Origin: Azolla caroliniana
Taxonomy: Eukaryota; Plantae; Polypodiophyta
Assembly: GCA_043228905.1 (NCBI GenBank)
Contig: JBHGNT010000010.1
Coordinates: 14,694,001-14,758,000, forward strand
Length of the DNA: 64,000 nucleotides
Direction: 5' to 3'
Shown here: piece after piece, positions 51,501 to 63,486 of the stretch
Layout of the letters: every line of letters begins with the position of its first letter
Position numbering within the stretch: position 1 is the stretch's first letter
Program-made: the position numbers and the translations under genes
The notes under the pieces: model-generated
The model's input: the letters and a program-made list of their open reading frames with translations, nothing else
Database searches by the model: none
Told to the model about the DNA's origin: nothing

Positions 51501-54312
51501 GGAAGATGAGGCTAGTGAGCCCAAGGAAGTCCGGGTAGAAGATAAAGACGTCGGCACTCTAGAAGAGAGTTCGATTTCATTCCGGCTAAGTGGACCAAAT
51601 GTGCGGCTGAGTCGAGATGACCAGTCGGATGAGGAACCGTCGAGTAGTGGAGACTCTGTCGTGCTCTCCCCACGCAAGGAACTGAGGAGACGGTTCATGC
51701 GCAAAGAGAAGGGGAAGAAGAAGATGCCGGAATACGAAACCGGCAATGTTGAGTCGGATCGGAGCGAATCGACTCCGGAAAGGATGAAGGCGGACCTTCG
51801 GGAACGAAGTCCGACCTAGCCAAGAAGGATCCCAAACCGGGTAATACCAAGTTACGCTTGTCTTCCCACCTGAAGAATCCCGTTACGCGGTATGGGTACA
51901 ATGAGTACATGGCACATCATTATGCGTTGATGACTAAGGTGGAGGAAATGCGTGAGCCAGAGAACTACGCAGAAGTGGCAAAGGACGCAAATTGGCATGC
52001 CGCTATGGACGAAGAAATGCAGGCACTAGATGCCAACGACACATGGGACCTCGTTGACCCTCCCCGACACTGTAAACCGATCGGTTGCAAATGGGTGTAC
52101 AAGGTAAGTACAATGCCAACGGTTCAGTTAACCGGTACAAGGCCTGGTTAGTGGCAAAGGGATACGCACAGACCCAGGGAATCGATTACGACGAGACCTT
52201 CGCCCCGATAGCGAAGATGACGACGGTTCATGTGGTACTGGCGGTTGTTGCGGCAAGGGGGTGGCATCTTCACCAGATGGACGTGAAGAATGTGTTTCTT
52301 CAAGGTGACCTTGAAGAACGGGTCTATATGATCCAACCTCCCGGCTTTCAGTCGGAGATGACAAAGTCGGCGGTGTGCCGGCTCAAGAAGTTGCTTTACG
52401 GTCTGAAACAAGCCCCCCGAGCTTGGAATGCGAAGATCACGCACCGGTTGCGTAAGATGGGGTTTGTGACCTCTAAATCTGACTCGTCGTTGTTCATTCG
52501 GCAAGGTCCGGATGGTCCGGTTTTCATCCTACTTTATGTTGATGATTTAGTCATCACTAGACACAGACTCAATGAAATCGGCCAAGTAAAGTCTCAGATG
52601 TCAGACACATTTGAAATGAAGGACCTGGGGGACCTTCATTATTTTCTTGGGATCGAGGTGATCCGAACCCCCGAAGGCATATTTCTCTCACAACGACACT
52701 ATGTGTTGAATATGCTATACAAGTTCGGTATGATGGAGTGCTGACATGTCTCCACACTCCTCGACCGGAACCAGAAGCTCTGTCCCAACTCCGAACCGGC
52801 CTGCAATGAGAAACAGTTTCGACAAATCGTCGGAAGCCTGATATAATTGACAATCACTCGACCCGACCTCAGTTACCCAGTCAGAGTGATCAGCCAGTTC
52901 ATGTAGAAGCAGACCGTCGAGCACCTTCAGTGCGCACACCGGATACTCTGGTATGTGAGTGGGGACTGTTATACTGGCATGGTATAACCGAAGAACTAGT
53001 TGGATATACAGATGCCGACTGGGCCAGTGATGCATTGGATCGTCAATCTACCTCCAGTTACATGTTTTCTCTGGGTAGCATGGTTGTGCGTGGACCAGCA
53101 AAAAGCAGCCAACAGTGGCTCTGTCCAGCATTGAGGTTGAATACCGGGGCGCTACCAATGCCACCTGTGAAGCCGTCTGGCTTCGGCGACTACTGGAAGA
53201 CTTGCGGATTGAGGTCCCGACCCCGATCCTGCTGTATTGTGACAACATGAGCATCATTCAGCTCGCCAAGAGCCCCATGTTCCATGCTCGGACAAAGCAC
53301 ATGGAAGTCCATTATCACTTTTGTGTGAACGGGTTTTGAGCGGTAAAGTTGAACTTCAGTATGTTCAGACGGATCGGCAGATTGCCGATATCTTCACCAA
53401 ACCGCTTGGATCGGACAAGTTGCAGCACTTCATCGACTTGGCGGCAGCGGTAGAGTCAAGAAGGACAGAGCCGACCGGAAGAAAACAGCCAAGACCTGGA
53501 CGTGGTCCGGTGTGGTGAAGGGCCTGAAACCGGAAGACGAGTTGGAGAACACCGACTCGGACAAGCGCTGGAACGAATCGAAGGAAACCGATTCGGTTGA
53601 AGATTCAGAGAAGACGGATCAACTAAAGGCCAAGCGGACACGGACGCAGCGGAAGTCAACGTCAACACGAAGGAACCGACAGGTCGACAAGCGCCAGATC
53701 GCAGTAGCGAGGGAGCTGAAATGGGCTTGTTGAGCAGACAAACCGACCGAGGAGGTCGTGGTGCGCAGAGCCAGAAAGGTCACGGCAAACAAAACCAGAC
53801 CAGACAACGAACGCAAGTGAGGCGGAGCAACGCCAGAAGGAGCCAAGTAGAAGAACTGGCAGCCGTGGACACTAACACCACGATCCGACCTCAAGTTGAG
53901 CTTGAGGGGGAGTGTTGAGCGAGCAAGCTCAACCGGATCCGGATCGGCTGAATAAGCTTGAGTTGGATCAGCATCCAGAAGGATGAGCCGGATTGGTATT
54001 ATAGGGAGCCAGATCGGGGAGCCAGATTGGAGAGCTGGATTCGAGCGGGAACCGAAAGCCTAGTAGTAGCCTAGACAACTAGGTAATCATTGTCTTGCAG
54101 TTAGTGTCAGTCCTTTATGGACTTGTATAAATAGTGTTGTTTAGCATGTTGTATGTACAGAGTTTTAGAGTTAACTTTTGAATATAGTTTTATGTTCTAC
54201 TCTCTCTGTCTCCTCTGTGTTTGAAGCTTTTCCCTTAAATCTTCATCTCATTTTTCTATTGCTATCCGGTTGAGCCGGTTCTGTCTGACGCTTCCGCACA
54301 CTAACATTCACA
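48527..54312 (+). mobile_element. Ty1/Copia LTR retrotransposon C (same family as A, opposite orientation, inserted in A's integrase)
   Basis: 5' LTR 48527-48922, PBS TGGTATCAGAGC 48923-48934, PPT 53902-53912, 3' LTR 53913-54312. TSD CACCT at 48522-48526 and 54313-54317. Confidence 0.95.
49036..53430 (+). pseudogene. Copia C gag-pol, disrupted
   Basis: CWYCGKKGHRESEC knuckle, WYVDSGMSNHM protease, integrase (IHADVWGP, TPEQNGVAERKNR), RT (HQMDVKNVFLQGDL, LLYVDDL) and RNase H (FHARTKHMEV). Many stops and frameshifts. Confidence 0.92.
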
Positions 54313-54317
54313 CACCT

Positions 54318-56115
54318 TGTCTCTAATCCGATTTTGGATGCAGACGGCCATGCGGATCGCCTCAGCCTAGTAGAATTTGGGCATGCTCTTTTCCTCTAGC
54401 ATTACCCTCGCTGTGTCGACAATCAACCGATTCTTTCTTTCGGCCACACCGTTTTGTTCCGGTGTGTACCTGCAACTGAATTCTCTCTGAATTCCCTTCT
54501 GCTGCAAATAACTGTTGAATTGGCCAGAAAAGTATGCTTTTCTGCCATCCGACCACAGGCACTTTATCTTCCTCTCTGTTTCCCTTTCGACTAAGCTTTG
54601 AGGGTTCCGGAAACAGTCGAAGACTTCGCTTTTCTTCTCGATGAGGTAGATCCACTTGTGTCGTCTGTAGTCGTCAATGAAGGAGACGAAATACCGACTC
54701 CCACCAAGACTAACATTTTGTGCGGGTCCCCATACATCCGAATGGATTAAGTCGAGCTTGTTACGACTCCAATTTCGTTCGGTGGGGAATGGAAGCCGGT
54801 GTTGCTTCCCGAGCTGACAGGCTTCACTAATTTGAGCCATCCGACCACTGAATTTTGGCAAACCAAACACAACTTGTTTCGATTGCAAGTCCTAAAGCCT
54901 CTGGTAATTGACGTGGCCGATCCGCTTGTGCCCGAGATCGATGTTTGATTCAATCTTCTGTCCTTTGGCAAACATGGCGGTGCCAACGTCATTGGTGTTG
55001 AGGATGAACATCCTCCCTTCCCTGTGCCCTTGCGCAATTATCCGGCCTTCTTTCTCGATGAAGCACCCGAGGTGTGTAAATGACACCTGCATCCCCTGGT
55101 CGACGATTTGTCCAACCGACACCAAGTTCTTTGTGATAGTCAAAACATGTAGTACGTTCATCAGCTTCCCCTTTTGTCCGACATGGCTTAAAGGGACTTC
55201 TCTAACATGCACAATTGGGTGAGGGGTGTCGTCTCTGGTTTTGACAATCCCCGGTTGTTCCAGTTTCTCCAAAAAATAGAACCACTCTTCATGGCTTGTC
55301 ATGTGGTTGGATCCTCCAGAATCAATGTACCATACTTCCTCCGATTTGGAAGTAGTCTTCTTCATCGAGTTAGCCTTGTGCTTCATCACGAAGGTTGGCC
55401 CTTTACTGGTCTTCCTGATTCCGAATCCTTCCGATCCTTTTGCGTGGCGCAAACTTTGCCCGTTTTCCCAACCGTCTTTGCTAGATCTGGATTTGTTCGA
55501 ATCAGTGCGCATCCGGTTGTCCGATTGAGTGGTCGTGGACCTACTCACATGGTTTTCTTCTACCATCAGCATCGATTGCAAGTCGAAGAAGGACGGTGGC
55601 TTCTCCTGAGTGAGGATAGCTGTCCGGATATGCACATACCTTTGCGTTAGACCTCCAAGGCAAATTTGTACCATCTCGTCTTCGTCTACCGTCACATTGA
55701 TGGACCTGACCGCGTCACAAATCTCCTTTATCTTGATGGTGTAGTCCGTAACCGACATGTCTCTTTGTCGGATGTTGTTCAGCTCTTGCCGGAGCTGCAA
55801 CTTTCGGGCTGTGGTACTCGCGGCGAAAATCTTTCATAGATTTTCCCAAGCCTCCTTCGACGTCTTTGTATCCTTGATGTAGCCGAACATCTGATTGTGC
55901 ACACAGGAGGCGAGGCAGTACAATATTCGGCTCGCTCCTTGCTCCCATGCCGGGAAGTCATTGTGTGCCGGCTTCGATGCTACCTCGTTGGTTCCTTCCA
56001 CATAGCTCCAATATCCATGCCCCAGCAGGTATTGGTGCATTTTATATGTCCAAGATGCATAGTTGCTCCAGTCGAGCTTCTCTGTTGGAAGTGAACTCGC
56101 CATACCTCTGTCCAT
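54318..56115 (-). pseudogene. Copia A gag, protease and integrase N-terminal part
   Basis: ORFs 55834-56196, 54892-55800 (WYIDSGGSNHM) and 54367-54888 (CQLGKQHRLPF, IHSDVWGP, YTPEQNGVAERKNR). Confidence 0.92.
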
Positions 56116-56206
56116 ACCTCTCTTTCTGTTGTTGTCAGGTATTAGGGTTTGTCTTCGAAAGCGTCTATCGATTGCAGAGGTTCTCAACCCTCGCACTCTG
56201 ATACCA

Positions 56207-56653
56207 TGTAAATGGGAACATGTGGAAGCGTATTACAAACCGGCTCTACCGGATAGCAACAGTAGAGAGGAAGGTTCAATGGAAGCTTAACACAAAGAAT
56301 ATGCATGGGAGAGAGAGAGAGAGAGAGAACGTAAACTCTATTCAATAAATAACACTCTGTAACTCGATTCATACAATATGCTTGACATCACTATTTATAC
56401 AAGTCCTTGGAGGACTAACAAAAGTACCATGTACTTCGATGCTCATACAAGCAACTGACTCTAACTACAAGGACTCTGACTACCTAGTAGTCTAGACGTG
56501 TATAGGCTACTACTAGCCTTCCGGTTCACATTTGAATCTGATTCCCCGATCCAGCTCCTGGTTCCGAATATTATCTGGTTCTTCGTCCCGGATACCGATC
56601 CGGTTCAAGCTTACCCAGCCGATCCGGATCCGGTAGAGCTTGCTCGCTCAACA
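56207..56653 (-). repeat. 5' LTR of Copia A (447 bp)
   Basis: Adjacent to the iMet PBS and homologous to 39467-40149. Confidence 0.92.
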
Positions 56654-56729
56654 AGTTTTTTAGGGACTAAAATTCAAGACCTCCTTTATGCACATCCAAA
56701 CCTCAAACAAATAACATTTATGTTGTATT

Positions 56730-57276
56730 TCGAAATGGGCACGGTTCGGTTCGGTTTCAAGGCAAAGAAACCAAACCGTTTATTTAAAACAAAACCAAAC
56801 CAAACTGTTTATGAACTCTAAGTATTTAAACCAAACCGTTTAGGGAAAAGTTGAAACCAAACAAAACCATTTAATAAAAAATTTAAACCTAACCACTTAA
56901 GTCAAACTAATTAACATCTAAAGAAACAAAAATACATTGAATTAAATAAGCATTTAAGTTAAATTTATTAATTTAATAAAAGAAACTTTAATTGAACCAT
57001 TAAATTAAATAAACATTTAAGTTAAATTAATTAAATCAATAAAAAACCATTATATCAATAAACTATTAAGGTAATAAAAAAAAAGTTAACCAAAAACCTA
57101 TAAACCTTTAAATCAAACCTATAAACCCGAGTTTTAGAACCGAACTGAACCAAAACCGAACCGTTTATTGAGAATCCAAACAAAACCAAACCATTAAATT
57201 TTTTTGGAACCAATAAATCGTTAAACCATGGCTTAACGGTTTGGTTCGGTTTGAGCCGAAACCGTGCCCATTGCTA
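56730..57276. mobile_element. hAT-like MITE (547 bp)
   Basis: TIRs TCGAAATGGGCACGGTT and (reverse complement) TAGCAATGGGCACGGTT. Subterminal AAACCG/AACCGAA repeats and AT-rich core. 8-bp TSD GTTGTATT/GCTGTATT (one mismatch). Confidence 0.75.
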
Positions 57277-58393
57277 GCTGTATTCCATACATTTTACATG
57301 TTTGAAATGGTGACCATGTGTATATATATAGATAAGACATTGTCGTGTTAGAATTATTTTGGTTCAATGTTAGCCATCAACACACCTGTAAACCTTATCC
57401 TTGTTCATAATATATTACTTTTCTCCTTATTTTCCATTTCTTCTTACTTTTCTTTCTCATTCAATATAGGTTTTGGTTTCGGCTTGTGACACATGCTATG
57501 GACAATTTTCCTATGCACCCATACCAATAGATGACATCCTCTAAGAGGAATTTGCATATTGATATCATTGTTTTGTTTCTTAAGGTTCTATTTTTATAGG
57601 CATAACCTTAAGGACTAATTCTAAAACTAGTTTTAATGAGTTAAGGTTAGGATATTGGGGAAACTAGTTATCCTAGGAATTGGGACAAACCCATAAGGAT
57701 CCATGACATGTAGTGTCTTACGAGCCTTAAGCCTTGGATTATACAAAGAGGACTAGCAACCTCCTTCAATACAACATCTTAAGATACTATTCAGAGTCTA
57801 TTGCGTAGGCTAAGCTCTCATATTTGGATCCATTATCAACTACCAAGTTATAACATAAGGTAATATTTGGTTGTATGGGACATTGATGGTATATTAATGT
57901 TTGGCTCATGTCCTTCACAAGGCAATGATTGGTGTGGTTAAGCACCCTTCTCCATTATTTTCTTTAATATCTTATCATACTATACATAATATTTGTATCA
58001 ATGCAATATAATGATTCTTCTCTCTATTTTATTGTACTTTTTGAAGCTATTGTCTCATATCTCTTCGACATAGTCAGGGTGTGGTTAAGCACCCAAATGC
58101 ATTCTTTTTCATAGTCACTCTTTTGTTTGATCTATAAGGATTGATTTTAGTGTAGGACTAATGATTTTTCTTCTCTTGTTTTTTGTATTTTTTTTGGAGT
58201 GAAGAACAAGATTGTTGATCGATTTTAAACATTAGAACAATCAAAAAACTATATTCTTTTTTCCTTTCTCTTTTAATCTTGAGTTATTAACACTTTGACA
58301 ATGATTTAATAAATAATATTTGAATAAGCCATCATTAAAATGTTTCATATCTTGGGATTTTATACAATGTCAAGATTCGATGATACCTTGTAT

Positions 58394-58732
58394 CATGAAC
58401 ATTGACTCGAACTCGAACCTAGGTCCTTGTATATATATTTCTCCTAGGTGAACATTAGACTTTAACCTTTGTGCAAAGACTGATATGAGTTAGCATGTGC
58501 AACTTGGTATTATAGTATCGAAGTTTGAGTATGTATGACTTGGCATGCAAGTATTACCATCCTTGGCATGTAGGTATTAACATGCATCACTTCATGTATA
58601 AAAAGTCATACATACTATAATACCAAGTTGTGCATGCTAACTCATACTAGTCTTTGTACAAAGGTCAATGTCTAAAGTTTGCCTAAGAGAAACATACAAG
58701 GACCTTGGTTTGACTTCGAGTCGATGTTCATG
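58394..58732. repeat. Foldback inverted repeat (about 125-bp arms)
   Basis: CATGAACATTGACTCGAA...AACTTGGTATTATAGTAT pairs with ATACTATAATACCAAGTT...TTCGAGTCGATGTTCATG. Confidence 0.8.
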
Positions 58733-58996
58733 GCATTTTGTTTGATTGTGTTTGTAGTTTCAATTGATTGTTACATATCTTTAACCGATTCCTATAGATC
58801 ACCTTTCTGTCTTTATCATCCTTTACAAGATTTGAACCCTTGACCTTCCATTCATATTGTACAATATTTGATGATTGAGCTAAGTATTTTTATATATTTC
58901 ATATTGTCTTGTTTCCTTCTTATCATCTCTATCCTTCAATTGTTTATATATTTTTATTTTAATTCATTTACTCATGTGCACTCCTCACATCACAAC

Positions 58997-59647
58997 TGTT
59001 AGAAATATTGAGAATCAATTAGATATGCATATAGAGTTACAATCACAAATATGTATATATGAAAACAGACTTTCTATTACATATGAGAGTGGCTCACAAT
59101 GGTAGTCCACCCATGCCCTCACACCTTAGAGCTTAGATGGGATTGGGACAAACCAACTAGAAAATTAGTGGGGATAGATAATAGTCACAACCATTGTGTA
59201 AGAGATAGACAGAGTGGGTTATATTCTCTGTTTGGCTTGGTGTCATATTAAATGTGCAAGTCAATTGATAGTAGGGGAGATCTTCCTTTTCTGTCAATTG
59301 ACTTGTCATTTAATATGACCTAGCACCCTAGATACAACCTAGTTCTAGATAGTACTTATATTAAAGTCAATGACACATACTTCAAGACTAAGTACATCGT
59401 AACTCGCCTACAAAATATTCTTCTAATCGACTTGACTAGTCAATCCTATTACCCTACTTCCCTCTTTCCTAAATACATTCCGTCCTACTCATCTATGATT
59501 TCTTAAATTAACACCTTATCGACCCATATGGTCGGGTTGCACAATAACTACTCCTTATTTGGGGAGTTATCACAAAATGTGCGCTCTCTAAGAGTACATA
59601 TGGGGATAAATTGACAATTTGGGGTTGATCATTGATTATATCTAACA
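58997..59647. mobile_element. Solo LTR (651 bp)
   Basis: Inverted termini TGTTAGA...TCTAACA with exact TSD ACAAC at 58992-58996 and 59648-59652. Confidence 0.75.
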
Positions 59648-60019
59648 ACAACAACATTGGGAGATAACTTTAGAGTGTTTCAGGAAGTCTTGGCTCCTTA
59701 AAATAAAGCAATCAAATGTGAAACAAATAAAGGCCTAGGGTTTCAATCAATATAAGAAGGCTAGCTACCTTCATTACGGGGATGTTTTTTGTTATTTTGA
59801 TAGAGACTCTAACAATGTAACAAAACTCTAGCTTCATACACGTGTGCCTCCTTCAAACCCAATATATGATCCATGTTCAAACTCTGTGCTATGGGACACC
59901 CAACAAGGGACTCAAATCCATCTTACCTTTGTTAGGGGGTGGTCTAGTGTCCTTTCTTTCTTAGTTTCTCCTTAATTTTGCTTAATGTTAATTTAGATTT
60001 TTACACCACTATACCTACC

Positions 60020-60410
60020 ATTAACATGTAATCCATGGTTAGAGGGTACATTGGATGTAGTCAATCCTATTATGCACACATTAGAGTGTGTTTGACAACT
60101 TTCACATGTCTCTACATAATGTGTTACATCCTTACATATATTTTTCTTTGAGCTTTGGAAATGTCACCCGTATTCCTCTACGACCAGCCCATAAGCTATC
60201 ATGGAATTTGGCAAGCAACACAAATTGCCCATCCTTTTGTACACGACTCTAAGTGGTTTTCTTGTCCTCCCTTGAGTGTGCTTCCACAAGTGTTCCTCTT
60301 GCAAAATAAACTTGTAAACTTTCATCCAAATTTGGTGAAACTCTTCCTTTGTCCATAGTTGGCACTTGTAGTTACCCCACTTAGACACCTTCCAATTTTC
60401 AAACACTCCC
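60020..60410 (-). pseudogene. Gypsy integrase zinc-binding (H2C2) fragment
   Basis: FILQEEHLWK..KPLRVV, then WAGRRGIRVTFPKLKEKY and KDVTHYVETCESCQ in shifted frames. Confidence 0.55.
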
Positions 60411-60795
60411 CATCATATTTATTTAACACGTTTCGCGTTCAGAAGTGGAAGGATCGCGCACAATTGGAAGGATAAGGAATATTCCATTTGATTTCAAGGT
60501 TTTAATAACCATCTCAGAAAACATGTGATACATGTATCACATGTGCTTAAATATTCAATGGAAAAGCTTTAAATCTCACCATTTCATAAAATTGAAAAAT
60601 TCACAAAATTAGGCAAATTTCACAAAGTTACGCCATGTTTTTTACCGTAAAATTAATAGTTGATGTTTTTTATAACAAACAATATTCACAAGGGGAGATT
60701 GATTTAAAAACAATTTAGATTTATATCATTTGAGTTCTTACACGCTTATATTATTACTACCGTTCATGCCAAAAATACAATCACGAGTTATTCCT

Positions 60796-61700
60796 CTAAT
60801 AAGAATCACTACTATAGAGCCTAGTATACAATGGTGACTCATCCTCCTCATCGACAAATGTACCAATCAAAGCATTGTCTTCATCTAAAACCAAATGTTG
60901 CAACTCCAAATCATGTGTAGAAGATCGTGTCCATCTTTGATCTAAGAAGCCTTGTAGACTTGGCAATTTCTCTTTTATTATGTCTATTGTTGACTTCCTT
61001 AAACGTCCAGCTTTTGTCAATGTAACGTCGTACACAATGATATTCACCTCTTGCATGTCAAGCGTCGATGTGTTACAAAAAAAAAATCCCTGCTTTCTAT
61101 TTCCTCTTGATGTTGGACATTCCATCATCTCCAATGTATATTTGCATGTAAATGCATTCTTGCTTTTAGTGTTGTACCAATGCACCTTTGTAGACTTTAT
61201 CTAATTTTGGTTTTCATGTATCACCACGTCCAATACTTAACCAATCCAGAATTGGTGCCTGAAGTCATTGTCATTTGTAGGTGTGCCAATCAACATCCCA
61301 ACCTTAATTTCTTGCAAGTTTCCTTGCCAACGAGCTGTTGTTGCTTTTGTCATCCTTGGTCCCACTAAATGTCTCTCTGTTGTGGATGGAGCAAGTTGTC
61401 AAGATCAGCATGAGGTGGCGTTGGAGAATTAGGTGAGTGTTGTATGGACCACGTAAATGGTATTTACAAGGACCAAATACCAACGAAGGAATTATCAATA
61501 ATTCCTTGTTGATCACTAAAGAACACGTCCCACCATGGGGTATATTGTGGTCCAACATACTTATTTGCATATCAATGTGCTTCCTTTTGTCCTGTAAGGG
61601 TTGCATCCAGAAGTTCCTTTGTTCATGTCACAGACATGAAGACAACATTTGAACTCTTGACCTCTTGTATATAGTCAAGTGTTGTGTTCTAACCAACACA
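60796..61700 (-). pseudogene. Unclassified TE-like coding remnant
   Basis: Broken ORFs (HWY...YDVTLTKAGRLRKST) next to a solo LTR. The family was not recognised. Confidence 0.3.
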
Positions 61701-61716
61701 TCCAAATACATGGTCA

Positions 61717-62160
61717 TGTTATGTATATCTTAGTAGATTATTAGTAGATTATCTATTTCAAGTTCTAGGATTTTTAAGAAAGTTCTAGAATTAGAAGGTT
61801 CTAGAGGGTTCTACAATATTCTCCTGAATATTCTAATGCATGTACTTCGACTCACAGTATAAATACTTGTAACCTCCTTGGTCCCTTTCAAGGGATTTAA
61901 CACCAGTCATTGACATGTCAATCTAGTATTCTTGTTTAGCCCAATCTTCTCTCCTTGATTTACATCTTTGTCTTTATGCTATTGTATTGTTCCTAGCGTC
62001 TTAAGTTCCTCATCTCCTTGCTCCCAACTTCCCGAGTTTCTAGCCTCATCACGTTGAGTTCCACGTTGAGTTCCACGTTGAGTTCCACGTTTGTAACCTT
62101 ATCGGTCGTAGCCTCGTCATTCGTGCTCCGTCGTAGTCTAGGGTTGGTGTGTCCGTGACA
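61717..62160 (+). mobile_element. Solo LTR (444 bp), Gypsy-like
   Basis: TGTTATG...CGTGACA termini; TSD GGTCA/GTTCA (one mismatch). TTCTAGA-rich U3 like Gypsy D, TATAAATA at 61858, and a 12-bp CACGTTGAGTTC x3 repeat. Confidence 0.65.
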
Positions 62161-63134
62161 GTTCATCTACCAACTCACTATGCATTTCCTTTTTAGTCTC
62201 AATCGGCATTTGTTTTGCACCATAAACGGTAGTGGATGGCATATGATGCAAATACTGGCAACTGTTTTTTGGCTCCCATTGTGGGGAAGATGAATATTGC
62301 TTTGCATGCAACAACATACAACCACTTATATCATTTTCTTTATCAAGAATACGTGATTGAAACTAATATTGTTTAATTGGGCTAACACTTTCCCATTCCC
62401 CTCCCCGCCATCTGCTATGTATCTCTTAAAGTCATATATCTCCTTTAAGTGTGTTGCATTAACTTGAAGCTTGTCAATAGATTTTGTTTCTAAGTGTGTT
62501 GCATTAACTTGAACATTTCTTCTTTCTTTTGGTTGGAGTTCTATCTCTTAGACATTGTGTGTTAGGGTTGGATCATTGTTTACCTATTCATTGAAAAAGG
62601 GGAGAGAGTAGTTGTCAATCACTCTACAAAACTACCAATAGTCATTTATTATGATCTTAGAGAGATCTTCCTTTCATAACTACAAATCTAATTAGTGTGA
62701 AAATGTGGGTCAATCATTTAACCAAGCAAGTTAACAATATGACAAAGCATACACAAATGAAAAAAACATGTTTCAATTAGTTAAGATACGCTACAATCGC
62801 ATATAAGAGTATTATCACAAGGCTTAGAGTTAAGCATTTAACATCAATCTCATGAAAAATCGACAAAGAGAGCAAGGGAGAAAAGCTCTAGTGTAAGTCT
62901 TAAGAACGATGAAGAAGACGAAAAAAGGCACAAATTTGAGTTTTATAGTCTTTTACAACATAGTAAAATCTAGGCATACTAAAATCTGATGCAATGCATT
63001 GGATTTCAGTTCAAAGTCCAATATTTTTTGTTTTTTTATTTTTCCCATAAACAATTTAAATAAATAACTTGGATTTTCAATTGAAATCTGATGAATTGCA
63101 TCGGATTCTAGATGTATAGAATAAAATAAATAAA

Positions 63135-63486
63135 GGAAATTGGTAAATTCACAGTTTTTTTTAGTATTTTCACAATTTTTTTTTTGAAATTGGTAAATTC
63201 ACAGTTTTTTTGGTATTTTCAGAGTTCTTTTGGAGAATAATGACAAATCTGATAGTGATGATGGATGGATGGATGGGGCATAACATGTACAGGTACTGGA
63301 ATTTAGATGTCACAGGCACTGCGTGGATGTAGAGAATCATAGGCAGAGAGAGGTGGAAGACAGACTAAGTCTCCTCGTCCAGACATGCGCAGAGGCAGAG
63401 AGACATTATGAAATAAACATGTGACATGTCTATATGTATACAGAAATGGGATATATACAGAAAAAACTGTGAATTTACCAATTTCC
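63135..63486. mobile_element. MITE with GGAAATTGGTAAATTCACAG TIRs, inside an older AATCCGATGCA-repeat element
   Basis: 26-bp perfect TIRs flanked by TAAATAAA on both sides, with an internal duplicate of the left TIR at about 63186. The surroundings (62980-63780) are rich in palindromic AATC(C/T)GATGCA.TGCATCGGATT repeats. Confidence 0.65.

Larger units (their letters stand above)
39467..56653 (-). mobile_element. Ty1/Copia LTR retrotransposon A (host of the nest), decayed
   Basis: 5' LTR 56207-56653 and 3' LTR 39467-40149, both with TG..CA ends. TSD AGTTT at 39462-39466 and 56654-56658. tRNA-iMet PBS TGGTATCAGAG at 56206-56196; PPT TTGAGGGGGAG at 40160-40150. Domain order gag-PR-INT-RT-RH. 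Confidence 0.93.
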
